NCBI GenBank assembly: GCA_030324005.1
Contig: JARDVH010000157.1
Location: 14,338,452-14,401,676, forward strand
DNA from: Negaprion brevirostris
Taxonomy: Eukaryota
Reading direction: 5' to 3'
DNA: 63,225 nt
Both the position numbers and the translations under genes were made by a program. Under the pieces are notes generated by a model that saw only the letters and a list, made by a program, of their open reading frames with translations, searched no databases and was not told the DNA's origin. Below are positions 11,710 through 25,025 of this stretch, piece by piece; the first letter of the stretch is position 1; every line of letters starts with the position of its first letter.

Positions 11710-13140
11710 CCAGCACTAATTCCCCAAACCTTCTAGCAATAATTCCCCAAACATTTCAGCTCTAATTCCCCAAACATTCCCGCTCTAAATCCCCAAATGT
11801 TCCAGCAATAATTCCCCAAACGTTCCAGCAACAATTCCCCAAACATTTCAGCAATAATTCCCCAAACATTCCTGCTCTAATTCCCCAAACATTCCAGCAA
11901 TAATTCCCCAAGCATTTCAGCAATAATTCCCCAAACATTTCAGCAATAATTCCCCAAACATTCCCGCTCTAAATCCCCAAATGTTCCAACAATAATTCCC
12001 CAAACATTTCAGCAATAATTCCCCCAACATTCCAGCTCTAATTCCCAAAATATTCCAGCTCTAATTCCCAAAATATTCCAGCAATAATTCCATAAACATT
12101 CCAACACTAATTCCACAACATTCCAGCAATAATTCCCCCAACGTTCCAGCTCTAATTCCCCAAACATTACAGCAATAATTCCTCAAACATTCCTGCTCTA
12201 ATTCTCCCAACATCCCCAAATCTTCCATAAATAATTCCCCAAACATTCCAGGTCTAACATTCCAAACATTCCAGCACTAATTCCCAAACATTCCAGCTCT
12301 AATTCCCCAAACATTCCAGCAATAATTCCCTAAACATTCCATAAATAATTCCCCAAACATTCCAGCTCTAATTCCCCAAACATTCCGGCACTAATCTCCA
12401 AACATTCCAACACTAATTCCCCAAACATTCCAGCTCTAATTCCCCAAACCTTCTAGCAATAATTCCCCAAACATTCCAGCAATAATTCCATAAACATTCC
12501 ATAAATAATTCTCCAAACATTCCAGCTCTAATTCCCCAAATCTTCTAGCAATAATTCCTCAAACATTCCAGCAATAATTCCCCATACATTCCAGGTCTAA
12601 CATTCCAAATATTCCAGCATTAATCCCCAAACATTCCAACACTAATTCCCCAAACATTCCAGCAATGATTCCCTAAACATTCCATAAATAATTTCCCAAA
12701 CATTCCAACTATAATTCCCCAAACATTCCAGCTCTAATTCCGCAAACATTCAAGCAATAATTCCCCAAATGTTCCAGGTCTAACATTCCAAACATTCCAG
12801 TTGTAGCTCCCCAAACATTCAGCTCTAATTCCCCAGACATTCCAGGTCTAATTTCCCCAAACATTCCAGCAATAATTCCCCAAACATCCCAGCTCTAATA
12901 TTGTAAACATTCCAGCTCTAATTCCCCAAATATTACAGTTCTAACATCCCAAACATTCCAGCTCTAATTCCCCAAACATCCCAGCTCTAATATCGTAAAC
13001 ATTCCAGCTCTAGTTCCCCAAATATTACAGTTCCAACATCCCAAACATTCCAGCTCTAATTCCCCAGACATTCCAGCTCTAACATCCCAAATTATTCCAG
13101 TGCTAATTCCGACAATATTCCATTTCTAACTCCAAAAATG
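11710..13140 (+). repeat. ~23-bp minisatellite (about 1.4 kb)
   Basis: Units ccagcaataattccccaaacatt and ccagctctaattccccaaacatt tandemly repeated. Confidence 0.96.
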
Positions 13141-13184
13141 TTCCATTTTCAAATTGTCGGATCTGGATCATTGCAGTTGAGCTA

Positions 13185-13590
13185 GGTGGGGGGGAGGTGG
13201 TGTTGGGCAGGAGGCTGAATGGTGAGGAAATGTTCCATGCTCTTTCTCTGGAAAGCTACCAGTAATCCCTGTTGATAGATGAGCGTCTGCGGATGAGGCT
13301 CACAGATGAGCCCAGGATCTGACTCAATTGTATTGTCTTCCATTGTAAAACATCCTGCCAGCACTTACCATCTTGCTGCCAACAGGAATGGCTGCTTGCA
13401 AACATACCCTAGTGATTGTAATGGCCTCAGGACAGGGGCAAGCCACAAGGGCAAGTTGATAAGGGAGGCTGTGTTGAAGATACAAGCACAAAAAGCATCA
13501 TGAAAACACAGCTAAATCACTGACTCTGGCAGTTATTAATCCTGGAGTTTTCACAGGTTGACCACCCCACTTGATTATACATTCTTTAAC
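13185..13590 (-). mobile_element. Possible Harbinger nuclease remnant
   Basis: Weak ordered motifs HDAF, GY, TIE..LG on the minus strand with frameshifts. Confidence 0.35.
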
Positions 13591-13944
13591 CCTCTTTAAA
13601 TATTTTTAAAATTGAAAATTGAAAATGTTTGACATCAGTAAGAAACTACAAGGTTAGGTTAATGCCTCCATGATTTGCGTCCAGCATTTCCTGCTGCAGT
13701 GTCTTGGGGATTCGTTTTTCATTCTTGAGGACAGATGATTGGCAATCCTGTGGACAGCATTACCTACATGTGTGTTCACTTTTACCAGCTCACTAAAGAG
13801 ACTGAACAGGCAAGAGAGATTTTATTTCAATGGGTTTGAATTCCAGAGCAAAGTAGTCTTGTCAGGAAATAACTGACTGAAATTGCTACAAACCAAGGTC
13901 TATTCCTATCTCGTAAATATATGCAAGAAATAAGGAACTTGTAC

Positions 13945-14470
13945 ATAAGTAGCACCTTGTCACATCTCCAAGGGTGTTGCAGAGCATTTCACATCAAATG
14001 TATTAATCTTCAGATTGTTAATCAGGTAGACGATGCAGTCATTCTGCTCAAAGCAAGGTCCCACAAACAGCAATGAGATGGTTAATGACTCCCCTGCTTT
14101 GTGGCATGGTTGGCTGTAGGACTATGTGTAAGGGCATCAATAGAGCTCCCTGAGCTTTTTCAAACATGTCATGGGATTTTTTTACTTCCACCAAAACCAC
14201 TGGGACAGAGGTGAAGGAAGCTAATGACTGCACTCTCACANNNNNNNNNNNNNNNNNNNNNNNNNNNNNNNNNNNNNNNNNNNNNNNNNNNNNNNNNNNN
14301 NNNNNNNNNNNNNNNNNNNNNNNNNNNNNNNNNNNNNNNNCTCTCACAGTACTGCACTACAGTATCACCAGAGATTATGGGCTCAAGTCTCTGGAGCCAG
14401 GTACTTGAAACCACAACCTTCTGTTTGGAGGCAAGAGGGGATATTATCTGAGCCAAGAATGTCAATTTGA
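13945..14470 (-). mobile_element. Deu-domain (SacSINE1/AmnSINE1-like) SINE relic
   Basis: agcaaggtcccacaaacagcaatgag, atgggattttt, gtactgcact..agtatca motifs shared with 25935-26590 and 28495-29090. Confidence 0.65.
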
Positions 14471-16549
14471 GAAAACATAGCCATGCTTCCTCCATTACAA
14501 TGGTAAGCTGCAAAAATATTCCATTGGCTGTAAAGTGCAAGTGCTACATAAATACGAGTCTTTCTCAAGAAGAGATGTGGCTGATTTTACATACCTACTG
14601 TAGCAGCTATATTTGAGAATGTGCAGGAAGAGAGCAGTGTGTATCTGAACCATCACCACTGAATGAAATTGTAACCAATGCGAATCTTCCACATCCAGTT
14701 TTGACTGTGAGCTCTGAGGGTGGCACCAGCTGTGAAGAGGCAAATAACTCACAGAAAACCAACAACCTGTGAAACATGCACAGCCCAGGGGACAGCACGC
14801 ACATGGATCCTCCATCTCTATCCACGCTGAAGCCACAGATGTGTGACATGTATTTGTGTCATTAAATGTGTTGTCTGTATTAACTCTTTCACGGTCATTA
14901 AACTCCTGGCACTGAATGTCCTCTGTAGATCATTCTGACACAGATAGTGGCTGAACCAACTCCCTATGTCACAACAGATAAAATCAATTTGTACCACCAG
15001 CACTTCTTATTGTTTGTTGCAAGTAGAGTTGTTTTTGGAACCCACCCTGTTCTATCAATTGATATAACATAAAGGGGAAAGTGAGAAGCACTGAGGAAAG
15101 TCCGGAGGAACATTTCAACCCAAAAGGAGGAGATTTGTGGAACAAAGCATCAGGGAAAGGCATTACAGTGAAATGGATTCAGGTGCAATTAGGAGAAAGA
15201 AGAAATATAGCAGGGATGTCTAAACTACTGCCTCTGGGCTGTATGTATCTTGTGAGCCCTGCTGTTCGATTTTATTGATGTGAATTATTCTTATTCACTG
15301 TTTGTCCTACTAAATTTCATGGGCCTGAGGAAAAGGGTTGTTCTGAGTGCTGTTATTGGTGGATAAATCTTTAATCAGAAAATAAAGATCAATTAGTGTC
15401 AGGAACTTGAGACTTATGGAAATTAGTGAGAATGTTCACTTAAAGCTTAAATAAGCTCCATGGTACAAATCTTAGGGGCCACTCCTGGCTTAAAGGCTAC
15501 TCTGAGAGGGTGGAGTTGATCTATGACAGAGTCATGCTCACCAGGTCTGCTGTGCTCTTTTGTGGTCCTGGTTAGTTTCTACTTGTTAGCGTTTGCACTG
15601 GCTGCCTGCCCAAGCTAGGAGGCAGTCCGCTCATACTCCACACACATACAGCAGAAAGCACCCTGGCCTCCCAGGAAGAATGCAGGCTGGCACGATACTG
15701 GGAATCAGCCACTAAGGTAGAAGACAATTACCATAAAGAGCTTCCTCCTGCTGGTTTATTCCAGTTCTCTTGTTGACTGGCGAAGAGTCTGATGTATCTA
15801 AAAGAGAAACAAAGCACTCTCAGTCAAATAACTGGGCCTCAGTCGTTGCTGCTGACAATGTCCAAGAAGTTTTTGGGTCTGTATTTGTCATATTAGATTG
15901 ATTTATCCACCATTTACACATAGCGTGGGTAAGTGCTTCTGTGAGAGGCTGACAAAGCTGAAACAAAGAAATTAGTTATTTATTACATAAAGTTCTAAGT
16001 AATGATGGAATTGAGATTACGATTGATTTGTGAAAGTTGGATTTGAATAGGGAACTTGGAGGGAAAAGGCCCTGAGGGAAGGAAGAAAGTAAAGACACCA
16101 AGCCTTTGTGGTGAGATGGTGCCTGTATCTTTAAGATAGCACAACAGGAGACTGTCACCTGACTTGAGGAACCAGGAGCAAGTGATCACCCCAGAGGGCA
16201 AAGTCCTCTCTTGGTTAGCCATGTAGACAACATGTAAAGGCCGGACCACTGCTCCTAGAGGCTGCAAGCGCTTATATATAGTTTCTTGTTATCAATAAAT
16301 ACCTTTTGTTCCTAACAAAGTAAGAAGCCTCTTGACAACATCCAAAGCATGCCACGCTATTACAGGAAAGATGGCCAGAGGGCCATACAAAGAGCTGGAA
16401 TTTCAGGAGGTTTATAATGGTGAAGACAGAAGTAGATAACAGATTGAGAGTGGTGGTGACAAGACAACTGACTAATAGTTTCTTGAAGGCGAGGGATTTT
16501 GAGCTGCGGCTGAGAAAGGGGATTGTATACACGTCACTCAAAGCCAATG

Positions 16550-16970
16550 CGCAGGTTTAAAAAATAATCAGATAGGCTAATGGAACTGCTGGACATTATG
16601 TCTGGTAGGCTGGACTTCAACAGTACAAAACCTTGGTCAGACTGCATTCAAGAAAGGAATGAGCCTTGAAAGGGATAAGGAGCTGATCCATCCGAATGAT
16701 ATTGGGGTTTAAAGGGTTAAATTACCAAGCTGGTTTGCATAAACTTGACATGCATTCCTCTGAGTTTAGAAGGTTGAAGGGTGATCTAACTGAGATGTTT
16801 AAAATGATAAGGGGATCTGAAAGGCTAGATACAGAGAAAGTATTTCCTTTGTTGGGGAAGTCAGAACAAGAGGCATAATCTAAAAATTGGAACAAGGATA
16901 TTCAGGAATGAAAACAGGAAGTACTTTTTCACACAAAGGATCATGGAAATCTGAAAAGGTTATGGATGCT
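16550..16970 (+). mobile_element. Degraded CR1 3' fragment
   Basis: MILGFKGLNY...EFRRLKGDLTEMFKMIRG. Confidence 0.85.
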
Positions 16971-17571
16971 AGTAAAAAGAAAAAACCTGTCTTCACAAGT
17001 TCAAAAGAGCAACATAGGCTCTAATTAATGTTGGTAATAATAGAGAACAAACGCTTAACATGTTCTTATGACTTCCTCTAGTCTTTTAATAGATGTCTTT
17101 AACCCATTTATTTTGACTTATTAAAGTCCACACAATGACTTTTGTTTTCACAATTACAATATATTTTAGCATTCCAGGAGGAATTTTTTTTTGTTGAAAG
17201 ACAGAATTGCAGGGAAGCTCTCAAAATGCAGGAAAATTCACAAAGCACATTGTCAGAAATCAAATTTTTAGGGGCATGTAGCCTAGAGAAACCAAACCTT
17301 GCACCTTCATCATTCACATCCTTTGCAACAATTTTTAACTGCATTATTGTTGGAAATTCCAATTTTCTGCGCTTTAGGCTTTTTCTACCACTTGCACAAG
17401 CAATGTGAACAAATGTTGGGTTGGCTTGCAGTTTAAGTAATAACCTTTCTATGTTCCACTGCAAACACTCTTCTTCACAGCAATATTTAAAATAAACTTG
17501 CACTCATGTAGCACTTCTCACGACCACAGGTTGTAAAGTGCTTTACAACCAATGAATACTTGGAGCAAACA

Positions 17572-18040
17572 TGGGGTGGCATGGTGGCACAGTGGTTAGC
17601 ACTGCTGCCTCACAGCGCCAGAGACCCGGGTTCAATTCACTGTTTGTGTGNNNNNNNNNNNNNNNNNNNNNNNNNNNNNNNNNNNNNNNNNNNNNNNNNN
17701 NNNNNNNNNNNNNNNNNNNNNNNNNNNNNNNNNNNNNNNNNNNNNNNNNNGGCACAGTGGTTAGCACTGCTGCCTCACAGCGCCAGAGACCCGGGTTCAA
17801 TTCACTGTTTGTGTGGAGTTTACACATTCTCCCTGTGTGTGCGTGGGTTTCCTCCAGGTGCTCTGATTTCCTCTCACAGTCCAAAGATGTATGGGTTAGG
17901 TTGATTGGCCAAGCTAAATTGTCCCTTAGTATCAGGGGGACTAGCTAGGGTAAATGCATAGGGAATAGGGCCTGGGTGGGATTGTGGTCGATGCAGAATT
18001 GATGGGCCAAATAGCTTCCTTCCTTACTGTAGGATTCCAT
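17572..18040 (+). mobile_element. HE1-like V-SINE (head repeated across gap)
   Basis: Head, V domain and tail present; 5' portion duplicated either side of the N run. Confidence 0.88.
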
Positions 18041-18207
18041 GAAACATAGTCATGCTTGTAATGTGGAAAATGTGCTAACCAATCTGTGTCCAGAAAATTC
18101 CAACAAACAGACAACGACCAGTTCATCTGTTTTTGTGATATTAGTTGAGGACAAATATTGACCAAGATACTGGGGATAACTTCCCATTTCGTCTTCAAAA
18201 CAGTGGC

Positions 18208-18690
18208 AGGGGTGAGGCCACATCAGGAGTGCTTTATAGAGTTTTGGTCTCCTTCCTTGAGAAAGAATGTACAGACCCTGGAGGGGATGCAGAGGAGATT
18301 CATTTGGTTGATCCTGGAGTTGACAGGATTGGCTTATGAGGAGAGACTGAGTAGACTAGGTCTATACTCATTGGAATTTAGAAGAATGAAGATGGATCTT
18401 ATAGCAACATATAAAATTATGAAGGGAATAAGATAAGATGAAACAGCAAGGTTTTTTTTCACTGGCAGGTGAAACTAGAACTAGCTAGGGGGCATAGCCT
18501 CAAAATAAGGGGGAGCAGATTTAGGACTGAGTTGAGGAGAATTTCTTCACCCAAAGAGTTGTGAATCTATGGAATTCCTTGCCCAATGAAACAGTTGAGG
18601 CTACCTGGTTGAATGTTTTTCAGGCAAAGGTAGATTTTTGAACAGTAAAGGAATTAAGTGTTATGGTGAGCAGCCAGGTAAGTGGAGTTT
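18208..18690 (+). mobile_element. CR1/HER1 3' fragment
   Basis: VRPHQECFIEFWSPSLRK...YEERLSRLGLYSLEFRRMKMDLI. Confidence 0.92.
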
Positions 18691-19499
18691 ACGAGCTTAA
18701 GTGGGTGGCACANNNNNNNNNNNNNNNNNNNNNNNNNNNNNNNNNNNNNNNNNNNNNNNNNNNNNNNNNNNNNNNNNNNNNNNNNNNNNNNNNNNNNNNN
18801 NNNNNNNNNNNNNNNNNNNNNNNNNNNNNNNNNNNNNNNNNNNNNNNNNNNNNNNNNNNNNNNNNNNNNNNNNNNNNNNNNNNNNNNNNNNNNNNNNNNN
18901 NNNNNNNNNNNNNNNNNNNNNNNNNNNNNNNNNNNNNNNNNNNNNNNNNNNNNNNNNNNNNNNNNNNNNNNNNNNNNNNNNNNNNNNNNNNNNNNNNNNN
19001 NNNNNNNNNNNNNNNNNNNNNNNNNNNNNNNNNNNNNNNNNNNNNNNNNNNNNNNNNNNNNNNNNNNNNNNNNNNNNNNNNNNNNNNNNNNNNNNNNNNN
19101 NNNNNNNNNNNNNNNNNNNNNNNNNNNNNNNNNNNNNNNNNNNNNNNNNNNNNNNNCCTTCAGTACTCCCCTGTCGTGTCCTGGATTATTGTATTCAAAT
19201 CATGGAGTGGGATTTGAACCAGAACTCAAGAGGTGGGAATGCTATCAACTGAGCCACAGCTGATTTTAGGGTTACATTCACACTTTTGTGAAGCTGTTCT
19301 AAAAATAAAGTCTTGGAAGAGGGAAGCAAGCACAGAAAGTTGGAGTTAGTGGAAGGAGGACATGTAAGACTGGAGAGACAAGTAGAGAACTGCAGGTGGA
19401 GAAAGAGCAGAAAAAAGTAGGAAATGGAGTAGAAAAATTCTATGGTTGTTATCATGGAATAAGCATCAAACATGTACTATGCAGGTGCTGTGTTAATAA

Positions 19500-19810
19500 G
19501 GCATGCCTATTGAAAAATCTGATTTTAGCCTACAATTCTGGGTGTTCATAATCATGATTTAAAAGTTCCTATAGACACTAAAACTGGTACCTGAAGATTT
19601 TGCACTAAAGCCCTGATTAGGTGCAATTGTTGTGAGTTGGTACAAATAGCCTGCACACACACACAGCCACATCACTGGAGATGTGGAATTCGTTGGCTTG
19701 AACACAACAGGATGTCTCAGAAGACTCCAGGACAGGGAGTGGGGGCACAACTTCTCGGTCACAGCTCTGAGGGACCCGGTGGAGGAGGTTCAGAAGAGGA
19801 GGATGTCTCT
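19500..19810 (+). mobile_element. Possible RTE-clade LINE 3' remnant
   Basis: IRWLEHNRM..P....LLG...G.GGG resembles RTE LRWLGHV.RM...R.PK..L.G. Confidence 0.4.
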
Positions 19811-20305
19811 CAAGGGAGTGCAGTGAAGGTTTACCCAGCTGATTCCAGGAATGGCGGACTGATGTATGAGAAGAGATTGACTAAGTTAGGATTGTTTTCG
19901 TGGAGTTCAGAGCAATGAGGGGGGATCTCATAGAGACTTATAACATTCCAATAGGAGTAGACAGGGTAGATGCAGGGAGAATGATCCCAATGGTGGGTGC
20001 ATCCAGAACCAGGGGTCACAGTCTGAGGATTTGGGGTAGACCATTTAGGACGGAGGTGAGGAGACATTTCTTCACCCAAAGAGCCTGCAGAATTCATTAC
20101 CATAGGAAGCAGTTGATGCCAAAACATTGAATGTATTCAAGAGGAGGCTGTATATAGCACTTGGGGTGAATGGGATCAAAGAACATGGGAAAAAGCAAGA
20201 TTAGGCTATTGATTGGATGATCAGCCATGATTGTGATGAATGGCGGAGCAGATTTGAAGGGCCAAATGGCCTCTTCCTGCTCCTATCTTCTATGTTTCTA
20301 TGTCC
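19811..20305 (+). mobile_element. CR1/HER1 3' end
   Basis: EFRAMRGDLIETY...SRTRGHSLRI.GRPFRTEVRRHFFTQR plus 3' tail. Confidence 0.92.
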
Positions 20306-20649
20306 TATACCAGCAGGGAGGCTGCAGGCCATTGATGTCTCATTTCCTCCCATTCTCCTTTCTCCTGGTGATTCCTGTGTCTGATCAATAATAAGTGAAC
20401 AGTAAGATCTGACCAATCCTCACAATTCTCAGCTATGACTTACTTACCCCTATTCACCTGACTGCTAGGACAGGGTGTTAATGGAAGTGTTAGCCAGCAA
20501 AATATACCATGCAGCTTTGTTAATGAACGCTAACAGGCAATTTAATTATCAATCAAAGCATTCATCATCCTCATGGGCATTTCAACTCCTGTGCAAAGAT
20601 GCTGTTTTGCACTAAGGATGGGTTAAAATGACACTGCTGTTTAAACCAG

Positions 20650-20965
20650 AGAATCATAGAATTCATACAGTGCACAAACAGGCCATGTGGCCCATTGAAT
20701 CTGCACCTACTCTCTGACAGAGCATCTTACCCCACTAATCTCCGTAACACATCTTGGGAGACTAAGGAGCAATTTAGCATGACCAATCTACCTAACCTGC
20801 ACATCTTTGGACTGTGGGAGGAAACCAGAACATCCAGAGGAAACCCAGGCAAACATGGAGAGAATCTGCAAATTTCACACAGACAGTGACCCAAGGTTGG
20901 AATTGAATCTCGGTCCCTAGCGCTGTGAGGCAGCAGTTCTAACCACTGTGCCACCATGCTGCCCT
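20650..20965 (-). mobile_element. HE1-like V-SINE
   Basis: Head and tail motifs on the minus strand. Confidence 0.88.
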
Positions 20966-21029
20966 ATATATTTTACCCTTCCTCCGCTAAAGGCACTAAT
21001 TTCTATTGCGATACAGTACTGTGAGCATT

Positions 21030-21310
21030 GGTAGCACTTGGATCCATGTGACCTATCTTCAAGAATGAGCCTAGGTGATGAGTGTCAATGGGCTGGTTGA
21101 CAATGGAGGGCATCACAGTTAAAGCCTGATCCTGTTATCCAGCAAGAATCACTGAATAGCGATCCGAAGCAGCAAGTACTGCATTACAGCTTGTTCTCCA
21201 CTCAAGATGAGGAAAGCTGAAGCCAATTATAATAGCTGGCATCAGTTAACCTGGCACAGATTGGAGACTAAATCTGGGACTTTCCTGGTTTGTGTGGCTA
21301 AGTTCCACAT
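21030..21310 (-). mobile_element. Ancient tRNA-derived SINE (AmnSINE2-like, tentative name)
   Basis: Minus copy of the family seen at 34283-34420 and 43960-44250 (gctgatctcagc...acaattggcctca...gatgcccctcca). Confidence 0.5.
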
Positions 21311-22284
21311 GGGGCAACATTTTCCAATTGAGTGAAAGGAGAGGTAAGCAATTTGAATAAATTTTACATAAATAGTTAAAAGTAAGTTCTATTGGTGGAA
21401 GGCACGATGTCTGGCAAAACAAATTGTGTAGGAAGTGCCCACATTTTGTGGAAAATAAATTGGATTTAAATGTAAGCACCTCTAAACTGTGAATTGTTAA
21501 TTATGTCATTATTTTCCCACACCATCTGGCTTGTTCAGAGTCATCAGTTCCCAAAGATGTGATCTTTAGCACCAGTGGCATCTCCGTCAAATCTATTTAC
21601 ATAAAAGCCTGCTCATCTTTAGTGCAAGTATTTAGACTTGTTCTGATTTCCAAGTCCTAGCCAAATTAAATAGTACTGTGTAACCAGTTCACTCAAAGGG
21701 TGTGGAACAAGCCTTTGGGAATTGCCCAGAATTGTGTTCATACTCAACTTGGTGACAGTACAATTGCGGAGTAAAAATGTTAATTGCGCAGTTTGCAGAA
21801 GACTCAAATTAAAATAAACTGTAAGACATCATGCTCCCGCTAATTGTCTGTCAAATGTACATGCAGAGATTCTCTTCGCGATTGTTTGCTTTCTCTGCAT
21901 TAGAGCTGTCTTCCTCCTCACATCTCAGCCCTATTTTGTTGTTCACATGGCCTGTACTCACTACCCTGCCAGAGCTGTCGGCTGCCTGAACCTAATCTCA
22001 AGAACAAGATGATTTTCTTTACTCCCCTGTTGCTGAGGTTAACTGTAGCTCCTCAATGACCAGCCCAGCTGAGTTCCAATATGTAGGTATAAAATGGACA
22101 CTGAACCTGCAGGTTTTCTGTTTGCTATATTTTTGGAAAGTACATTTAGCAACAGAGTCTTTGTAAGAAGCTCAATAGCTATTCTGCAAGGATTGTGTTT
22201 TCAGTAGGCAACTGAAGAATAACACTTCCGCTGTGCACTGTTTGAAAATTAAGTCACTAATGTTAGAATCCAAATTTTAAGTTT

Positions 22285-22570
22285 GTTTATTAGTGTCACA
22301 AGTAAGGTTATATTCACACTGCAAAGAAGTTACTGTGAAAATCTCCTAGTTACCACGCTCCGGCACCTGTTCGGGTACACTGAGGCAGAACTTAGCATGG
22401 CCAATGCACCTAATGTCTTTCAGACTGTAGGAAGAAACTGGAGCACCCGGAGGAAACCCATGCAGATATGGGGAGAATATGCAGACTCTGCGCAGACAGT
22501 GACCCAAGCCAGGAATCAAACCCAGGTCTCTAGCGCGGTGAGGCAGCCGTGCTATCACCGTGCTACCATC
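22285..22570 (-). mobile_element. V-SINE variant with alternative tail
   Basis: V-SINE head plus gattttcacagtaacttc tail. Confidence 0.8.
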
Positions 22571-23477
22571 CGCCTAAGTTGCTCCAAATGAACTTTTTCT
22601 GTTTTATGTGAATTGGGTTTTGTTTACTTTAGGATGTGGAACTCACGATCATGAGTAGCTGCTGCAAATAGCTAGATACAATTCGGGGAAGTTGGATAAA
22701 TACATAAGAGAGAAAGGAGTAGAAGTGTGGTGTGTGAACCACTTGGACCAAATGGCCTGTGTCAGTGTTGCACATTCTGTGTGATTATGTGGCCTGAACT
22801 TTTCAGATGGCCTGATCTGGCTTCCTACAATCTGAAAAGTTGATGGGGAACATACCCCTCCAATTGCTCTGCAGCCAGTTCATGCTCAAATTAGCATTAA
22901 GTAGCTGCAGATGGGACATCTGTCCCACACTCGAAGGAAGTCCCACCCTGGAAATTGATAAGGGAATGGACAGAAGAGGAATTGAAAGAGGATGGCTGAG
23001 ATCAGGTTTGGCCAGCCAAAGCTAAGGTAAGTTCAAGGAGTCCCAGGGTAGGGATGGAAGGGAAGGCCCAGGAGAGGTGCAAAGGGGGTGACTGAGACCT
23101 CAGGAGAGATGCCAGAGGAGATGGAGATCTGGAGGCCACCAGTTCTTCAGAAGGGAGCTTCTGATGGAGGCACCAGACTAAAGATTGAGGCGGGGTGGGA
23201 AACAGTCCTTAATGGGGTGCGGACTTCCCATCCAAAGTCTTATTCACCTCAGGGTAAAGTCACTGCTTGGTTAGAGTAGGTAGGCACCCAGAGGGAATCC
23301 CATTCCTTCAATTTCAGGCCTCCCTCCTGCAGTCTAAAAACCCACTGATGGGAGAGCGTGAAAATCTAACCTATGAGAGAATGCACAGTTTACATGAAGA
23401 AAGCGAATATCAGCGTATCCAAGGATGTTGGAAACTCTTTCCAACATCCTTACAAAATAATTATTTTGTAAATTGAG

Positions 23478-23613
23478 TTTGTATCTTTATATACCCTGTC
23501 TGTGAACAGAACTCCCACTTATCTGATGAAGGGGCAACGCTCTGAAAGTTAGTGGCTTTTGCTACCAAATAAACCTGTTGGACTTTAACCTGGTGTTGTG
23601 AGACTTCTTACTG
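23478..23613 (+). mobile_element. Penelope-like 3' fragment with degenerate hammerhead motif
   Basis: ctgatgaaggggcaacgctctgaaagttagtg...aataaacctgttggactttaacctggtgttg. Confidence 0.7.
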
Positions 23614-25025
23614 AATCTACTTCTCACCCAACATTTAACTCCTTTCTGTGTGGAAAATGTTTTTCAGTGGGAGAGAACCGGTTTGTTGTGCTATCAAGTC
23701 CAATGTTTAAGTATTCCCATCTCCTGGTTTTGTCCTCAGTCCTCTACTGAGTTAGCTGATCTCACTCAGGACAGGGGTCTCAAATGTATGAACTGAACCC
23801 CAGAGCTTCTAGGTAATGAGGTGAAGTCAAGGGTAGCTGCTGATCTTGGTCTAACAATCCTGCCAGAAAGTGCAACCATGTGGATAATGATGAGGAGAAG
23901 GGTGGCCGCTTGATCCCACGCTCGGAGAGAACGTGGCATCAGATCTGGGAGTACAGCATCAATGGGTTGTGAAAGGTGCTGGCGAATTTCACTGTTCAGA
24001 GGGTTAGTTTGTTGCTGAGAGTCTCGGAGGTGAGGAACACATTATGTCTTTGAAAAATAATGCAGCTATTTTGATCTTTCAGTTTCCTTCCATGCCAGAT
24101 TCTTGTTATTTAAACGTTATACATTTATATAAATACAGGAGGAATCATTTAGTTGCAGAGTTATAATTAAAGATAAGGTTACATTTCAACCAACAAAGAT
24201 GTCAAAAGACTTTGTAATAAATGTTATACACCAAAATATCAAATCTTTAGGGTGCCCCTTTGATGTTGATTAGAACAGAAGTTGTCTCTGGCAGCACATT
24301 GCTCAGGCGTGGCTATTTATGAATGAGCTCTCTGAAGCTCACTTTGCCCGAGGGCCAGTCCATGGATATCACTGGGAACGGCTGGAGAAAGGCTGACTTT
24401 GTCTTTCATCTCCTTGCCTGCTCTCTGCTGGCTTGCAGGATCAATCTGTGAATGTTCGTGATGTCAGTGTACTGAGGCACGAGATTTTCTCTTTTGGGAA
24501 AGGGTTGCATGTAAGATTGCTTCCTTCACCATGAACCCCGCAACCCCTACAAGCTGCATAAATCTGCTGTGGCAAAAACTTACCATGAATTTCTATCAGT
24601 CCGATTTATTTATTTATGGAAAGGCGAATTAACTCAGTCAAATGAGATCTCACCGATAAGAGAACGCGTGACTTAGAGAGATTGCTGAGCACAGGATAAT
24701 CTAATGCCAGATAAAGAGTAGTAGATAGAGGAAGTGCATTTTTTGTGTGATATAACATCAGTATACCAGAAACAAAGGTCAGAAAAATTAAAACAGGCAT
24801 TTTATAGCTTTATGAATGATGTTCAAATGCAGTTTTTGTACAGTAATGCAATGTGAACAGAAGGTTGAGAAACTCTGCCAGCATTTTTGCACATAGAGCC
24901 TGAAATTGCAGAGTATCACTGCTCTCAGTACTGGTCCCTCTGGATTTGAGGGATCAGAAGTAGGGCACCTTCTCTGCATGGGGACAGCAAGTACCACTGT
25001 TACTTGGGAATGCTTCTTTGGTACA

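Noticed and set aside
11710-13140. CRISPR-like array
   Set aside because: Units are contiguous with no unique spacers, there are no cas genes, and the context is vertebrate. The same applies to 9510-10355 and 56252-56600.
17586-17815. Tandem SINE head duplication
   Set aside because: Identical copies flank a 100-N gap, typical of overlapping contig ends. The duplication at 32322-32528 has the same explanation.
24594-24700. Longer exon using the gtaagt donor near 24593
   Set aside because: Contains an in-frame TAA, and the next acceptor would leave an intron of under 40 nt.
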